A stretch of DNA of 36,572 nt, from IMG/VR virus record IMGVR_UViG_3300025600_000037, positions 1-36,572 of that record. One strand, 5' to 3'. A program made the translations under genes and the position numbers. The stretch's first letter is position 1; each line of letters opens with the position of its first letter. Shown one piece after another: positions 7,442 through 16,049 of the stretch. The notes under the pieces are model-generated. The model did not search any database and was not told the DNA's origin. It was given only the letters and a program-made list of their open reading frames with translations. The DNA comes from a virus. Taxonomy: Duplodnaviria > Caudoviricetes.

Positions 7442-7448
7442 ATTGAAC
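7433..7448. promoter_or_regulatory. Second perfect operator at the cro stop codon
   Basis: GTTCAA-TAGA-TTGAAC. Confidence 0.75.
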
Positions 7449-7461
7449 AATCAAGCATCCA

Positions 7462-7573
7462 TGCGCCGGGTGGTTAGCCGATAGGTGCCCACAATATACC
7501 GACGACGGACAAATAGCGGTACCCGAATCCCGAACTTGTCAGCGAGGAACTGGCAGGGATCGAGTAGGGCGCA
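7462..7573 (+). ncRNA. Candidate structured cis-regulatory RNA after cro
   Basis: GC-rich intergenic segment closed by TGCGCC/GGCGCA with several internal stems. Confidence 0.4.
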
Positions 7574-7606
7574 AAGAATATAAAAAAGCATGAAAGGAGA
7601 ACAACC

Positions 7607-7876
7607 ATGTCAAGTGAAGAACGCGTTGCAATTGCTCTTGAAAGAATCGCCGACGCACTGGAGAAACAGAACGCCGGCAACGATGAAGAATTCAAACTGC
7701 GAGTATTTGCGGCCATAAGCCAAGGAATACCGGCAACAATCATGAGTCCGGTCGGTGCCATCAGCGGCGGCTACATCAACTGTGATGAAAAGGTAGTCTG
7801 CGTCGCCCCTCGAGGAAGGTCGATAAAAAAAGTAATTGAAATTGCTGATGGAGTATTGGTTGGAGTTTTGGAGTAG
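7607..7876 (+). CDS. Hypothetical early protein
   Basis: 89 aa; AAAGGAGA RBS. Confidence 0.7.
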   Translation: MSSEERVAIALERIADALEKQNAGNDEEFKLRVFAAISQGIPATIMSPVGAISGGYINCDEKVVCVAPRGRSIKKVIEIADGVLVGVLE

Positions 7877-8113
7877 TTATTCGTCTTCCATCATTGCAGA
7901 TAGAAGATTTTTCCCTTTTGGTTGCTTCATTGTTGCTGCGCGCATGGTGATTGATTTGCATGTCTTACACACATGTAAATCAACGCCAAAGCCAGTTTCA
8001 ACATGAGCCATACCGTCTCCGGGAAAATGTTCACAGACAACCCAACTGTCTCCTTGCAAGGGAATTAGTTTTGAGATATTTCCTCCGCATAGAGCACATT
8101 TATTTTCATCCAT
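7877..8113 (-). CDS. Small zinc-ribbon protein, transcribed against the early operon
   Basis: CALC...CKTC; AGGAGGTGA RBS; own TGcTATGAT extended -10 at 8140-8148. Confidence 0.75.
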   Translation of the reverse strand: MDENKCALCGGNISKLIPLQGDSWVVCEHFPGDGMAHVETGFGVDLHVCKTCKSITMRAATMKQPKGKNLLSAMMEDE

Positions 8114-8149
8114 TTTTATCACCTCCTTCCATATCTCGAATCATAGCAT

Positions 8150-8219
8150 AAAAAAACCGACCTGCGACAACAGGACGGTCAGGCCAGCGGGCCAGAAATA
8201 CGATGAGGTAATTATAACA
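8150..8219 (-). ncRNA. Putative antisense small RNA unit upstream of xis
   Basis: Minus strand TGtTATAAT at 8211-8219, then terminator GACCGTCCTG-TTGTCG-CAGGTCGG-T tract. Confidence 0.5.
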
Positions 8220-8347
8220 TGCTGTACACAGTTCAAGAATATGCTGCTATGAAAAAAGTATCAGTCAAATCCGTTTATCGATGGATCCGACAAGGCCAGA
8301 TCAAGGCCCATAAAGTAGGGACGCATCTTTGGAGGATCGAAGAATGA
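8219..8347 (+). CDS. xis: Excisionase-like winged-HTH protein (42 aa, not in ORF track)
   Basis: MLYTVQEYAAMKKVSVKSVYRWIRQGQIKAHKVGTHLWRIEE; GAGGT RBS; ATGA overlap with the next gene. Confidence 0.8.
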   Translation: MLYTVQEYAAMKKVSVKSVYRWIRQGQIKAHKVGTHLWRIEE

Positions 8348-8658
8348 TCAAGCAATATAAATGCGATTTCGACGAACCGGATGAATATGAACTGGACGAC
8401 ATCGAAAAACAACTGCTGCACTCGAAAATAGCGACACGAGCCTTGGCATTGCTTCTATCGGTCTGCTTGATCTTTCTGATCTTGGTGGTGTTCCAAACAA
8501 GCAACGAAGTCAGGGACATGGCAGAGTATCTCGCACGGCCCACCACCACACGCGCCCCGAACGATGCCGACGCGATCAAGGCGATCCAGAACCGCATGGA
8601 CTTAGTCAATCAGAAGATGGATGTAGTGATTGGCTATGTCAGGCCGGTGGGGAAATGA
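8344..8658 (+). CDS. Hypothetical membrane-anchored protein
   Basis: Single hydrophobic helix; coupled start and stop on both sides. Confidence 0.7.
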   Translation: MIKQYKCDFDEPDEYELDDIEKQLLHSKIATRALALLLSVCLIFLILVVFQTSNEVRDMAEYLARPTTTRAPNDADAIKAIQNRMDLVNQKMDVVIGYVRPVGK

Positions 8659-8774
8659 AGGAGAAGATCAAATATTACCTGCGAATTGCCAAATGGATGT
8701 ATCAGCACCGCACGGAAGCCGATTGCCGTCAGAAATGGCGCCGGATGCAACGGGATTTCGAGGTGACGAAATGA
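8655..8774 (+). CDS. Small basic protein (39 aa, not in ORF track)
   Basis: MKEKIKYYLRIAKWMYQHRTEADCRQKWRRMQRDFEVTK; ATGA overlaps at both ends. Confidence 0.65.
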   Translation: MKEKIKYYLRIAKWMYQHRTEADCRQKWRRMQRDFEVTK

Positions 8775-8956
8775 GCATTGTAAGGGATCGAAAAGACTTC
8801 GTTCCGACCTGCGATATCTGCGGTTGCGAGTTGGATCTGGAATCAAGTTTTGCAGATGCAGTTCAGGCGCAAAAAGAGGCCAACTGGAAGAACGTAAAGA
8901 TCAAGGGGGACTGGGAAATTTGGTGTACTGACTGCCAATGTCAGGCACGCCCATAA
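8771..8956 (+). CDS. Small zinc-finger protein
   Basis: CDIC...CTDC; GAGGTGA RBS before ATG 8771. Confidence 0.7.
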   Translation: MSIVRDRKDFVPTCDICGCELDLESSFADAVQAQKEANWKNVKIKGDWEIWCTDCQCQARP

Positions 8957-8966
8957 GGAGGACTAA

Positions 8967-9176
8967 ATGAGTAGCTTACAGAGAACGATCGGTCGGAATA
9001 TTGCCAAGATTGCTGACAACGGGAACGCAAAGGCACATCGCAAGGGTCGCCAGAGGGCACTAGAAGAGAAGCAACGGCAGGAATATGCAGCCATGCGGGC
9101 GAAAAAGGCTGAAAAACGATCAAAGGCGATCGATGCGATCAAAAAAATATTTTCGGGAGGGAAGCGCGATGCCTGA
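8967..9176 (+). CDS. Hypothetical basic protein
   Basis: AGGAGG RBS; overlaps the next gene. Confidence 0.7.
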   Translation: MSSLQRTIGRNIAKIADNGNAKAHRKGRQRALEEKQRQEYAAMRAKKAEKRSKAIDAIKKIFSGGKRDA

Positions 9177-9501
9177 CAAAATAATCGTGATCGTCATGGA
9201 GCCGGGCAAACCGGCCGAACAGAGGTCGATCGACAACACGCTCAAGGCTTTACAGGAATTGGTCGGCGGGCACATTGAGACCGTCAGACTGTCCCACGGC
9301 CGCATACTGCTTGTCAATGAGGAAGGAGTACCCCTGAATCTACCAGCCAATCGTGCAATAGTCGGGGGCCCCGGCCAGTGGCCAATTATACAATACGGCA
9401 CGATCGTCATGGTCCGAGTAATTGAAGACGAGTTCTCCAGCGTCTACACCGACGACATGGCGTGGGTTGAAAATCATTGCCATATGCTTGAAAGCGAGTG
9501 A
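9169..9501 (+). CDS. DUF3846-like protein
   Basis: EPGK...NTLKALQELVGGHIE...NEEG...LPANR motif. Confidence 0.8.
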   Translation: MPDKIIVIVMEPGKPAEQRSIDNTLKALQELVGGHIETVRLSHGRILLVNEEGVPLNLPANRAIVGGPGQWPIIQYGTIVMVRVIEDEFSSVYTDDMAWVENHCHMLESE

Positions 9502-9505
9502 CGCA

Positions 9506-9745
9506 ATGAAAAACACACTTGGAGATCTCAATTTGCATTTGTTTGCCCAACTAGAACGCCTCGGTGACGAGGATCTGAAAGGCGACGCGCTGCTGGCTGA
9601 AATCGGCAGAGCCAAAACCATAACCGGTGTTGCCTCGCAGATTATTGCCGGCGGCCAGCTGGTGCTCAAGGCGCAGCTTGCTTATGAAGACGCGATAGAC
9701 GCCGACAAGAAGCTGCCACCAATGCTGCTTGCCGGTGGCGACTGA
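9506..9745 (+). CDS. Conserved phage protein preceding HNH genes
   Basis: MKNTLGDLNLHLFAQLERL...EIGRAK motif. Confidence 0.75.
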   Translation: MKNTLGDLNLHLFAQLERLGDEDLKGDALLAEIGRAKTITGVASQIIAGGQLVLKAQLAYEDAIDADKKLPPMLLAGGD

Positions 9746-10605
9746 TGTGGTCCTATTCAAAAACCGTCAACGACTTCATCGCTGAAAACGTCTCCGGCCA
9801 GACAACCAAAGACCTGGCCAATTTGGTCAACAGGCAGTTCGGGACAGCTTTCACAGAAGGGAAAATGAAGTCATACAAGAAGAACCACGATCTGAAAAGC
9901 GGAACTGTCTGCGGATTACCAGCCGGTCGACCAAGCGATAGATACCCGGAAGCAATCAAAGAATTTATAGTTTCTAACTGCATCGGAACAGGCCGCCCGC
10001 AAATGGCTGAGCTGCTGAACCGGACTTTTTGCACAAACTACACCGCCAGCCAAATGAAATCCTACTACACCAACCACAAAATAAAATGCCGGATATCAAC
10101 TCGATTTGAAAAAGGTCACGTCTCGGCAAACAAGGGAAGCAGGGGCGTTCACCTATCGCCGGAAACAGAATTCAAGAATGGCCAGATGCCGCACAACTAC
10201 AAGCCGATCGGCACCGAGACATGGCGGGGTGACGGCTATCTGTATGTCAAGATCGCTGATCCGAAGAAGTGGCGCCCGAAACACATCCTGCTATGGGAAG
10301 CCGAAAACGGAACACTTCCCGAGGGGCATCGATTGCTCTTCGCCGATCAAAATCGCCAGAACATCCAGTTAGACAATCTGATCCTGATCACCCGGGGACA
10401 GTTGGCCACACTGAACCGCCTGCACCTGATCCACCAAAACAAGCCCGCAACCGAAACGGGAATCATCCTGGCCGCTCTTGCATCCAAAATGTGCGCCAGA
10501 ACGAAACAATTGAAAGGAAGGAAGAACAAAAATGATGAGCGAATGGCGAGTGTCGTCGAACCCAATCGACGGCCGAAAGTTTTACAGGGCCTATCGTATC
10601 CGTGA
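9745..10605 (+). CDS. HNH-family endonuclease with duplicated N-terminal helical domain
   Basis: Two roughly 55-aa N-terminal repeats; FEKGH/FKNGQ short repeats; DGYLYVK...KH.LLWE...FADQNRQN...DNL. Confidence 0.8.
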   Translation: MWSYSKTVNDFIAENVSGQTTKDLANLVNRQFGTAFTEGKMKSYKKNHDLKSGTVCGLPAGRPSDRYPEAIKEFIVSNCIGTGRPQMAELLNRTFCTNYTASQMKSYYTNHKIKCRISTRFEKGHVSANKGSRGVHLSPETEFKNGQMPHNYKPIGTETWRGDGYLYVKIADPKKWRPKHILLWEAENGTLPEGHRLLFADQNRQNIQLDNLILITRGQLATLNRLHLIHQNKPATETGIILAALASKMCARTKQLKGRKNKNDERMASVVEPNRRPKVLQGLSYP

Positions 10606-10720
10606 TCTCTCGGAGCCTGACCATTCAGGCAATCGCGAATACCACGGCAACTATGTCGAGAGCAGGGAAGACGCGGCAGCAACAGCAGCGGCGTTGAACA
10701 AGGAGGCAGAACAGAAATAG
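10532..10720 (+). CDS. Small conserved phage protein
   Basis: 62 aa; YRIRD...DHSGNREY; AAGGAAGG upstream. Confidence 0.65.
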   Translation: MMSEWRVSSNPIDGRKFYRAYRIRDLSEPDHSGNREYHGNYVESREDAAATAAALNKEAEQK

Positions 10721-10778
10721 GACCGCTGCTATCAACAACGGTCCCATAAGGAAAATAGTCACCACAAACATCATACCA
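10713..10778 (-). ncRNA. Putative antisense small RNA unit upstream of the exonuclease gene
   Basis: Minus strand TGgTATGAT at 10770-10778; 12-bp stem GGGACCGTTGTT/AGCAGCGGTCCT whose G-U pairs favour the minus strand. Confidence 0.45.
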
Positions 10779-10795
10779 CAAACGGAGGTAAATAA

Positions 10796-11722
10796 ATGAA
10801 ACAGCAGCTCTTTACTAACTCACGCATGAAAATGCATAACGATTGTCCGATGAAGGAACATCTTCGATATGTCGAATGTCTGGCACCGAAAGGTAGGAGC
10901 GAACCTTTAATGGTCGGATCCGCTTTCCATACCGGGCTGGAACACTGGGCGCTTGAGCCGGCCATGGCCGAACTGGAAAAGTACATTCCGAAATCTCAGG
11001 AAAGTCAGGATCGCAAAGATATTATGATGGCCCAGGTGACCGCCATGCTGACCGCCTATTGGCAAAAGTTCGAACGTTGGCCGGCAGACCGATTTGAAAC
11101 GGAAAAGATATTTGATCTGCCGATCTTGGATCCAGCATCAAAGCGCAAGTCCAGGCGCTGGAAACTTGGCGGCAAGATGGACGGCCAGTATCGGGATCCG
11201 GACGGGAACTTGTGGCTGGTTGAATATAAAACAACCGGCGCCAACAAAATGGAAGAGTACCTGCGCAACTTAAAACTTGATGCCCAAGTCACGCTTTATC
11301 TGTACGCGCTGATGCGGATCACTGACGAGGTGCCGGTCGGGTGCATCTACCGGATCGTCCGCAAGCCTAATATCAAAAGATCCACTTCACAAAAGAATAA
11401 CGGACTTGAATCAGTTGAAAGCTACACGAAGCGGCTGTCCGAGTTCTATGCCAGCAAAGCAAGTGAGATCGATGAATGGCTGATTGAGGAAAAGCTGTAC
11501 CGCAACCCGGCTGACATCATTGCTTTTGAATCGGAACTCTGGGAGTTCGTCAAGGAATGGGAATGGAAAAACAAGCATGACGTTCACCGCAGAAACACCA
11601 ACACCTGCAGCGACTTCAACGGATGCGAGTACCTGCCGATCTGCCTGCAGGAAGCAGGCTGCATGGCCTTGTACGAATACCGTGTAGCGCATGAAGAATT
11701 ACAGGAGGAGGATCCCGCATGA
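10796..11722 (+). CDS. PD-(D/E)XK exonuclease (RecB/Cas4-like)
   Basis: CP...GSAFH...GKMD...VEYKT...Q..LY; C-terminal C-x5-C-x5-C cluster. Confidence 0.85.
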   Translation: MKQQLFTNSRMKMHNDCPMKEHLRYVECLAPKGRSEPLMVGSAFHTGLEHWALEPAMAELEKYIPKSQESQDRKDIMMAQVTAMLTAYWQKFERWPADRFETEKIFDLPILDPASKRKSRRWKLGGKMDGQYRDPDGNLWLVEYKTTGANKMEEYLRNLKLDAQVTLYLYALMRITDEVPVGCIYRIVRKPNIKRSTSQKNNGLESVESYTKRLSEFYASKASEIDEWLIEEKLYRNPADIIAFESELWEFVKEWEWKNKHDVHRRNTNTCSDFNGCEYLPICLQEAGCMALYEYRVAHEELQEEDPA

Positions 11723-12579
11723 AACTGCCCACAGTCATCACTCCCGCTAAAACAGACATCAATGACTTATCATTTCTGATTTATGGTCCACCCAAGATCG
11801 GCAAGACAACTTTTGCCAATGGCAAGTCTGGCAAAGCATTGTTTCTTGCCACGGAAGCAGGGCTGACCGGACAGGACGCCTTCCAGATTCCAATTGATAA
11901 CTGGGAGGCATTCAAAGAAACCTGTAAAGAACTCAAGCAAGGAAACCATGATTTCACCAGGATCATTGTCGACACCATCGACAATCTCTATAAGTTTTGC
12001 GTTGACTGGGGAAATAAAACACTCGGCATTATGCACCAGTCTGATGCCAGTTACGGCAAAGGCTACGACACGATCAATTCAGAATTCTTAAGAGAACTCA
12101 CGGCGCTCTCGCTCCAGAGACCCGGACTCTGGATGCTTTCACATAGTCGGGAAAAAGAGATTAAACCGAAAGTTGGCTTGCCTTACACATCTGTGTCCTC
12201 GACCTTGCCGGAAGGCGCACGCAAGGTGGTCAATGGAATGGCCGACCTGATCATGTACATCGACAAGCGATTCGAAGAAACGGACAACGGGACTATCGAG
12301 CGCCGGGTTATCTATACCCAAAGCACACCCTTGTTCGAAGCCGGGGGCCGGATCTCCTTTTTGCCTCCGGTCATGAATCTGGACTTTGTTGAGTTCGAAC
12401 AGGAATTCATTAAGGGCCTCCATCCTATCCAGTGCGAGAGCTGCGGCGCCCAGATAGCCGCGACTACCAAAATGACCGCGTGGCAGCTCTCTGAATTCAC
12501 GCTGAATCATTACAGTAAACGGATGTGCAACAAATGTGGTAAGGCCGCCGCAAAGGCCACGAAAGAAGGTAAAGCATGA
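11719..12579 (+). CDS. Sak4-like AAA ATPase / single-strand annealing protein with C-terminal zinc ribbon
   Basis: GPPKIGKT Walker A; IIVDT Walker B; SH; CESC...CNKC; sits between exonuclease and SSB-like gene. Confidence 0.85.
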   Translation: MKLPTVITPAKTDINDLSFLIYGPPKIGKTTFANGKSGKALFLATEAGLTGQDAFQIPIDNWEAFKETCKELKQGNHDFTRIIVDTIDNLYKFCVDWGNKTLGIMHQSDASYGKGYDTINSEFLRELTALSLQRPGLWMLSHSREKEIKPKVGLPYTSVSSTLPEGARKVVNGMADLIMYIDKRFEETDNGTIERRVIYTQSTPLFEAGGRISFLPPVMNLDFVEFEQEFIKGLHPIQCESCGAQIAATTKMTAWQLSEFTLNHYSKRMCNKCGKAAAKATKEGKA

Positions 12580-13154
12580 GTAACTTTTCTGATGGTTTTG
12601 ACGAAATTGATTCATCCTGGCAGAATGCCCAGCCGGCCGAGAAAAAAGACTTCGAGAACTTACCCGATGGTAAGTACCAGGGCGCTATTGAAGGCGCTGC
12701 GATGGATAAATGGGATGATGGCACCTTATACATTAAATACACGGTCCGGGTCGTCGGAGGCACGCACGCAAACCGCTGCGCATTCAAGCGCTCATCTTTT
12801 ACAAATGATGCCATGCCTTACATCAAGCGCGATTTCGAAACCATAGGCATTGATCCGAATCGTCCGCTCAAACTGGTAATCGAAGATTTGCCCCGAATCA
12901 TCGGCACGATCATTGATTTCACCGTCAAGACGAGTAAGGACAAAACAGACAAGAATGGAATCCCTGTGATCAATACCTTCTTCGATCGGATCGTGTCAGC
13001 CGCCGCGCCTGCAGGTGCCAGAACAACACCAAAACCAGCGGCACGGCCTGCATCATCATTTAATCAGCAGCCGCTTCCTGTGCCGCCTCCAATAAAACCG
13101 CAGGCGTTCTATCCAATACCGGACGACGACACAGCACTTCCTTTTGATCTTTGA
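12576..13154 (+). CDS. DUF669-like single-stranded DNA-binding protein
   Basis: LPDGKY motif; Pro-rich linker; acidic DDDTALPF tail. Confidence 0.8.
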   Translation: MSNFSDGFDEIDSSWQNAQPAEKKDFENLPDGKYQGAIEGAAMDKWDDGTLYIKYTVRVVGGTHANRCAFKRSSFTNDAMPYIKRDFETIGIDPNRPLKLVIEDLPRIIGTIIDFTVKTSKDKTDKNGIPVINTFFDRIVSAAAPAGARTTPKPAARPASSFNQQPLPVPPPIKPQAFYPIPDDDTALPFDL

Positions 13155-13213
13155 TTCCAACACCCGGGCAGATCAATTCGGTCTGTCCGGGATTATTCCA
13201 GGAGGACATACGC

Positions 13214-13858
13214 ATGACTGGAGACAATAAGTCGCTGACCGCAGAACAGATCGAAGTTAATAAGGTGATCATTCTTAAATTTTTGAGCAGGGTCGGACGC
13301 ACGGGCATGGCCGAACTGATCGCATATATCCAGACTACCGACTTCTTCATGGCCCCGGCTTCCACTAAATATCATTGTTCCTATGAAGGCGGGCTTGCCG
13401 AACACTCGCTGAACGTCTTGAAACGACTGGCAGCCAAGAAGGACACTGTCCAGATCGAACAGGAATCCATGATCCTTTGTGCATTGTTGCATGATTTGTG
13501 CAAGGCCAATGTCTATACCCGGATCAAAAAGAACGTCAAGGACGGCATGACCGTCAAAAATGGTAAGCAGGTCCCGAACTGGATCGAGGTCGATGCCTGG
13601 GATTATGATGATAAAATTCCGCTCGGCCATGGCGAGAAGTCGGTCATGATGATCAACATCTTTGTGCCGCTCAGCATGATCGAGTTGGCCATGATCCGAT
13701 GGCACCAGGGCCCTGAAAAGCAGGGCGACTTTGACACATTTTATAAAGCCTGTGCTGTCTGGCCGGAAGTCGTCGCCATGCACAACGCCGACATGGAAGC
13801 GACGTATATCCTCGAAGCAGCCAAACCAGAATTGATCTGCCAGCCAGAATCAGCATGA
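13214..13858 (+). CDS. HD-domain phosphohydrolase
   Basis: APASTKYH..GGLAEHSLNV...LLHDLCK...GHGEKS...IRWH...AD; AGGAGG RBS before ATG 13214. Confidence 0.9.
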   Translation: MTGDNKSLTAEQIEVNKVIILKFLSRVGRTGMAELIAYIQTTDFFMAPASTKYHCSYEGGLAEHSLNVLKRLAAKKDTVQIEQESMILCALLHDLCKANVYTRIKKNVKDGMTVKNGKQVPNWIEVDAWDYDDKIPLGHGEKSVMMINIFVPLSMIELAMIRWHQGPEKQGDFDTFYKACAVWPEVVAMHNADMEATYILEAAKPELICQPESA

Positions 13859-13876
13859 TGAAAGGGATGTGAGCGA

Positions 13877-14782
13877 ATGGCCAGACCTAAAAAACAGGGT
13901 ATGGATTACTTTCCACACAACACTGATGCTGTTTCTGATCCGAAGATTGATGCTATGCGAACACTATACGGAAATGATGGTTATGCCTTCTATTTTATCC
14001 TTTTAGAAAAGATCTACAAGGAGGGCGGTCAACTCGATGTATCCAATAAAGCGATCCTTGCATCGGTCTGTAAATGCATCGGAATCAGCGTTGAGCAGTT
14101 TCATATTATGATACTTTCTGCAATAGATTTGAGTTTATTTTCGAAACGGTACACACATGTACCAGTTATTTTTAGTAATGGTACAAGCAAAGTCATTTCA
14201 CGTGTAAACAACGAACGAACAGGTGACCGAACACGAAAAACAAAACGACCTGATACCAGTACTTTGAATAGTATTCCGGCGGAAAACGACCGGAAAACAA
14301 CCGGAATCCGGTCATTATCCGGTCTTAAAGTAAAGGAAAGTAAAGTAAAGGAAAGGAAAGAGGGGGATTTCTCTCTCTCGCTAAATGAAGAAAACGTTAT
14401 ATCCGGATTTACCGAAAACAAAACCGTTCAAGACTCGATTACGGGATTTCTGGAAATGAGAGAGGGAAAAGGAAAGAAAACCACTAAGCGAGCTTTTCAG
14501 GAACTTTTGGCTAAAGCAAAAGAATTATCCAGCTCTGACCGTGAGCTGGCTGCGATCTTTGACCAAAGCACCGTCAACTGCTGGGCCGACCTGTTCGCCT
14601 TGAAAGAAGAACTGCCGGACGAGCCGACCGAGAAGATAAACAGACCTGAACCTCATCACCCGCCACTTTGGAAACTGCCCGGCTGGGAAGACATGACGCC
14701 GCCGGAAGATGACCAGAAAGCGGAGTGGAAAGGCGAAGACGAATTAGCGAGGAAGTTCGGCAATGGCAACAGTACAACTTGA
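13877..14782 (+). CDS. Replication initiator (DUF4373 / Lin1244-like N-terminus)
   Basis: MARPKKQGMDYFPH...YGNDGYAFYFILLEKIY; internal iteron-like repeats; followed by helicase. Confidence 0.85.
   Translation: MARPKKQGMDYFPHNTDAVSDPKIDAMRTLYGNDGYAFYFILLEKIYKEGGQLDVSNKAILASVCKCIGISVEQFHIMILSAIDLSLFSKRYTHVPVIFSNGTSKVISRVNNERTGDRTRKTKRPDTSTLNSIPAENDRKTTGIRSLSGLKVKESKVKERKEGDFSLSLNEENVISGFTENKTVQDSITGFLEMREGKGKKTTKRAFQELLAKAKELSSSDRELAAIFDQSTVNCWADLFALKEELPDEPTEKINRPEPHHPPLWKLPGWEDMTPPEDDQKAEWKGEDELARKFGNGNSTT
14273..14360. repeat. Probable replication origin inside the initiator gene
   Basis: CGGAAAAC at 14280 and 14291 (11-bp period), several TCCGG/CCGGA units, then an AAAGT/AAAGG purine tract at 14327-14360. 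Confidence 0.55.
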
Positions 14783-16049
14783 GCAGCTGATCATTGGCAT
14801 GATGGTCTACCGGGACGGGTGTATGCCAATCTGCAAAGTCAAGCTGATCCCGGACGACTTTGTAGATCCGAGCTGCAAACGGTTGTTCGAAATGGCATCG
14901 GCGATCTTTAACGAAAAGGGGCATGTGGATGTCGGGGAAATGATCTCTCCTGCCAGTGACGAGAAGATTCTTGCGTTCATGCTCAAGTGCGGTGATGAAC
15001 TCGAAAAAGCTATCCTGCCCAATCTTGAAAATATGATCGTGGATCTGCAGACAGAATCCGATCGACGGTTTGGGTATCAAGCTGCTGCCTCTCTGGCCAA
15101 CCAGATTAAGGCAGGGAAAGTGAAGAACCCAGACGAGATCAGTCAGAGACTCAAGGCGGCATCCGAAGCCCTGATTGGCAGGCACGACCGACAAAACCAC
15201 ATGCCGCTGCCAACCCTGTTGAAAAATGCTCTGGACGGGATCCGGAACACGACCGATAAGATTTGGTTCGGATTGAAAGACATCGATGATGCGACCAACG
15301 GCATCGAGCGCGGCGAGCTGGTAACGATCGCTGCCAGGACAGGCGTCGGCAAGTCTGCCCTGTGCCTTTACCCATTTGTCCGGACCGGGGTCAACGGCAA
15401 CCAGTGGGCCATGTTCTTCGCAACCGAGATGGATGCGGTACGCATGACCCGGCGAGTAGTAGCGAACATGTCCGGTGTCAGCCAGAACAAAATCAAGCAG
15501 CTCGAACCGATGAACTCATTTGACATGAGCGATCTTGCCAGGGTTACGCCCCAGTTTCTGTCCAGTAAGCTAATCTTTCAGGACCAGATTAAGTATTTGG
15601 GCCAAGTCGAGACGGCGATCAGAATCCAAAAAGAAGCCGGAAAAGACATTCGCCTGGTGATCATTGACTACATTCAGCAGCTATACATTGACGGCTATAA
15701 AAAGTCCAGAACACAAGAGCTCAGTGAGATCGCCGGAGACCTGCTGAGGATGGCCAAGAAGTTTGGGACCACAATCATCATCGCTGCCCAAATGAACCGG
15801 AGCGCTCTGATCGGCAAGGGCGGCAAACTCGATAAGTGGGCCGAACCAGATATCAGCCAGATCAAGGACTGCGGTTCCATCGAGCAGGACAGCGACAGGA
15901 TCATCATCCTGTGGCAAGACCGACAGGACGAACGGATGACCCATTGCAATCTGGCCAAGAACAGGGAAGGCAAGCGACAGTATTTCGATCTGGACTTCTA
16001 CGGATCCACGATGCGATTTTATACACACGTTAGGAGTGAAAATCCATGA
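14763..16049 (+). CDS. dnaB: DnaB-like replicative helicase
   Basis: AARTGVGKS, FFATEM, IIDYIQ, AQMNR, GSIEQDSD, KNREG. Confidence 0.93.
   Translation: MATVQLEQLIIGMMVYRDGCMPICKVKLIPDDFVDPSCKRLFEMASAIFNEKGHVDVGEMISPASDEKILAFMLKCGDELEKAILPNLENMIVDLQTESDRRFGYQAAASLANQIKAGKVKNPDEISQRLKAASEALIGRHDRQNHMPLPTLLKNALDGIRNTTDKIWFGLKDIDDATNGIERGELVTIAARTGVGKSALCLYPFVRTGVNGNQWAMFFATEMDAVRMTRRVVANMSGVSQNKIKQLEPMNSFDMSDLARVTPQFLSSKLIFQDQIKYLGQVETAIRIQKEAGKDIRLVIIDYIQQLYIDGYKKSRTQELSEIAGDLLRMAKKFGTTIIIAAQMNRSALIGKGGKLDKWAEPDISQIKDCGSIEQDSDRIIILWQDRQDERMTHCNLAKNREGKRQYFDLDFYGSTMRFYTHVRSENP

Noticed and set aside
9745-10605. Intron- or intein-encoded homing endonuclease
   Set aside because: Free-standing, coupled to its neighbours, with no interrupted host gene or intron structure
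10796-11722. Cas4 / CRISPR adaptation gene
   Set aside because: No cas1/cas2 or array; context with Sak4 and SSB indicates a phage recombination exonuclease
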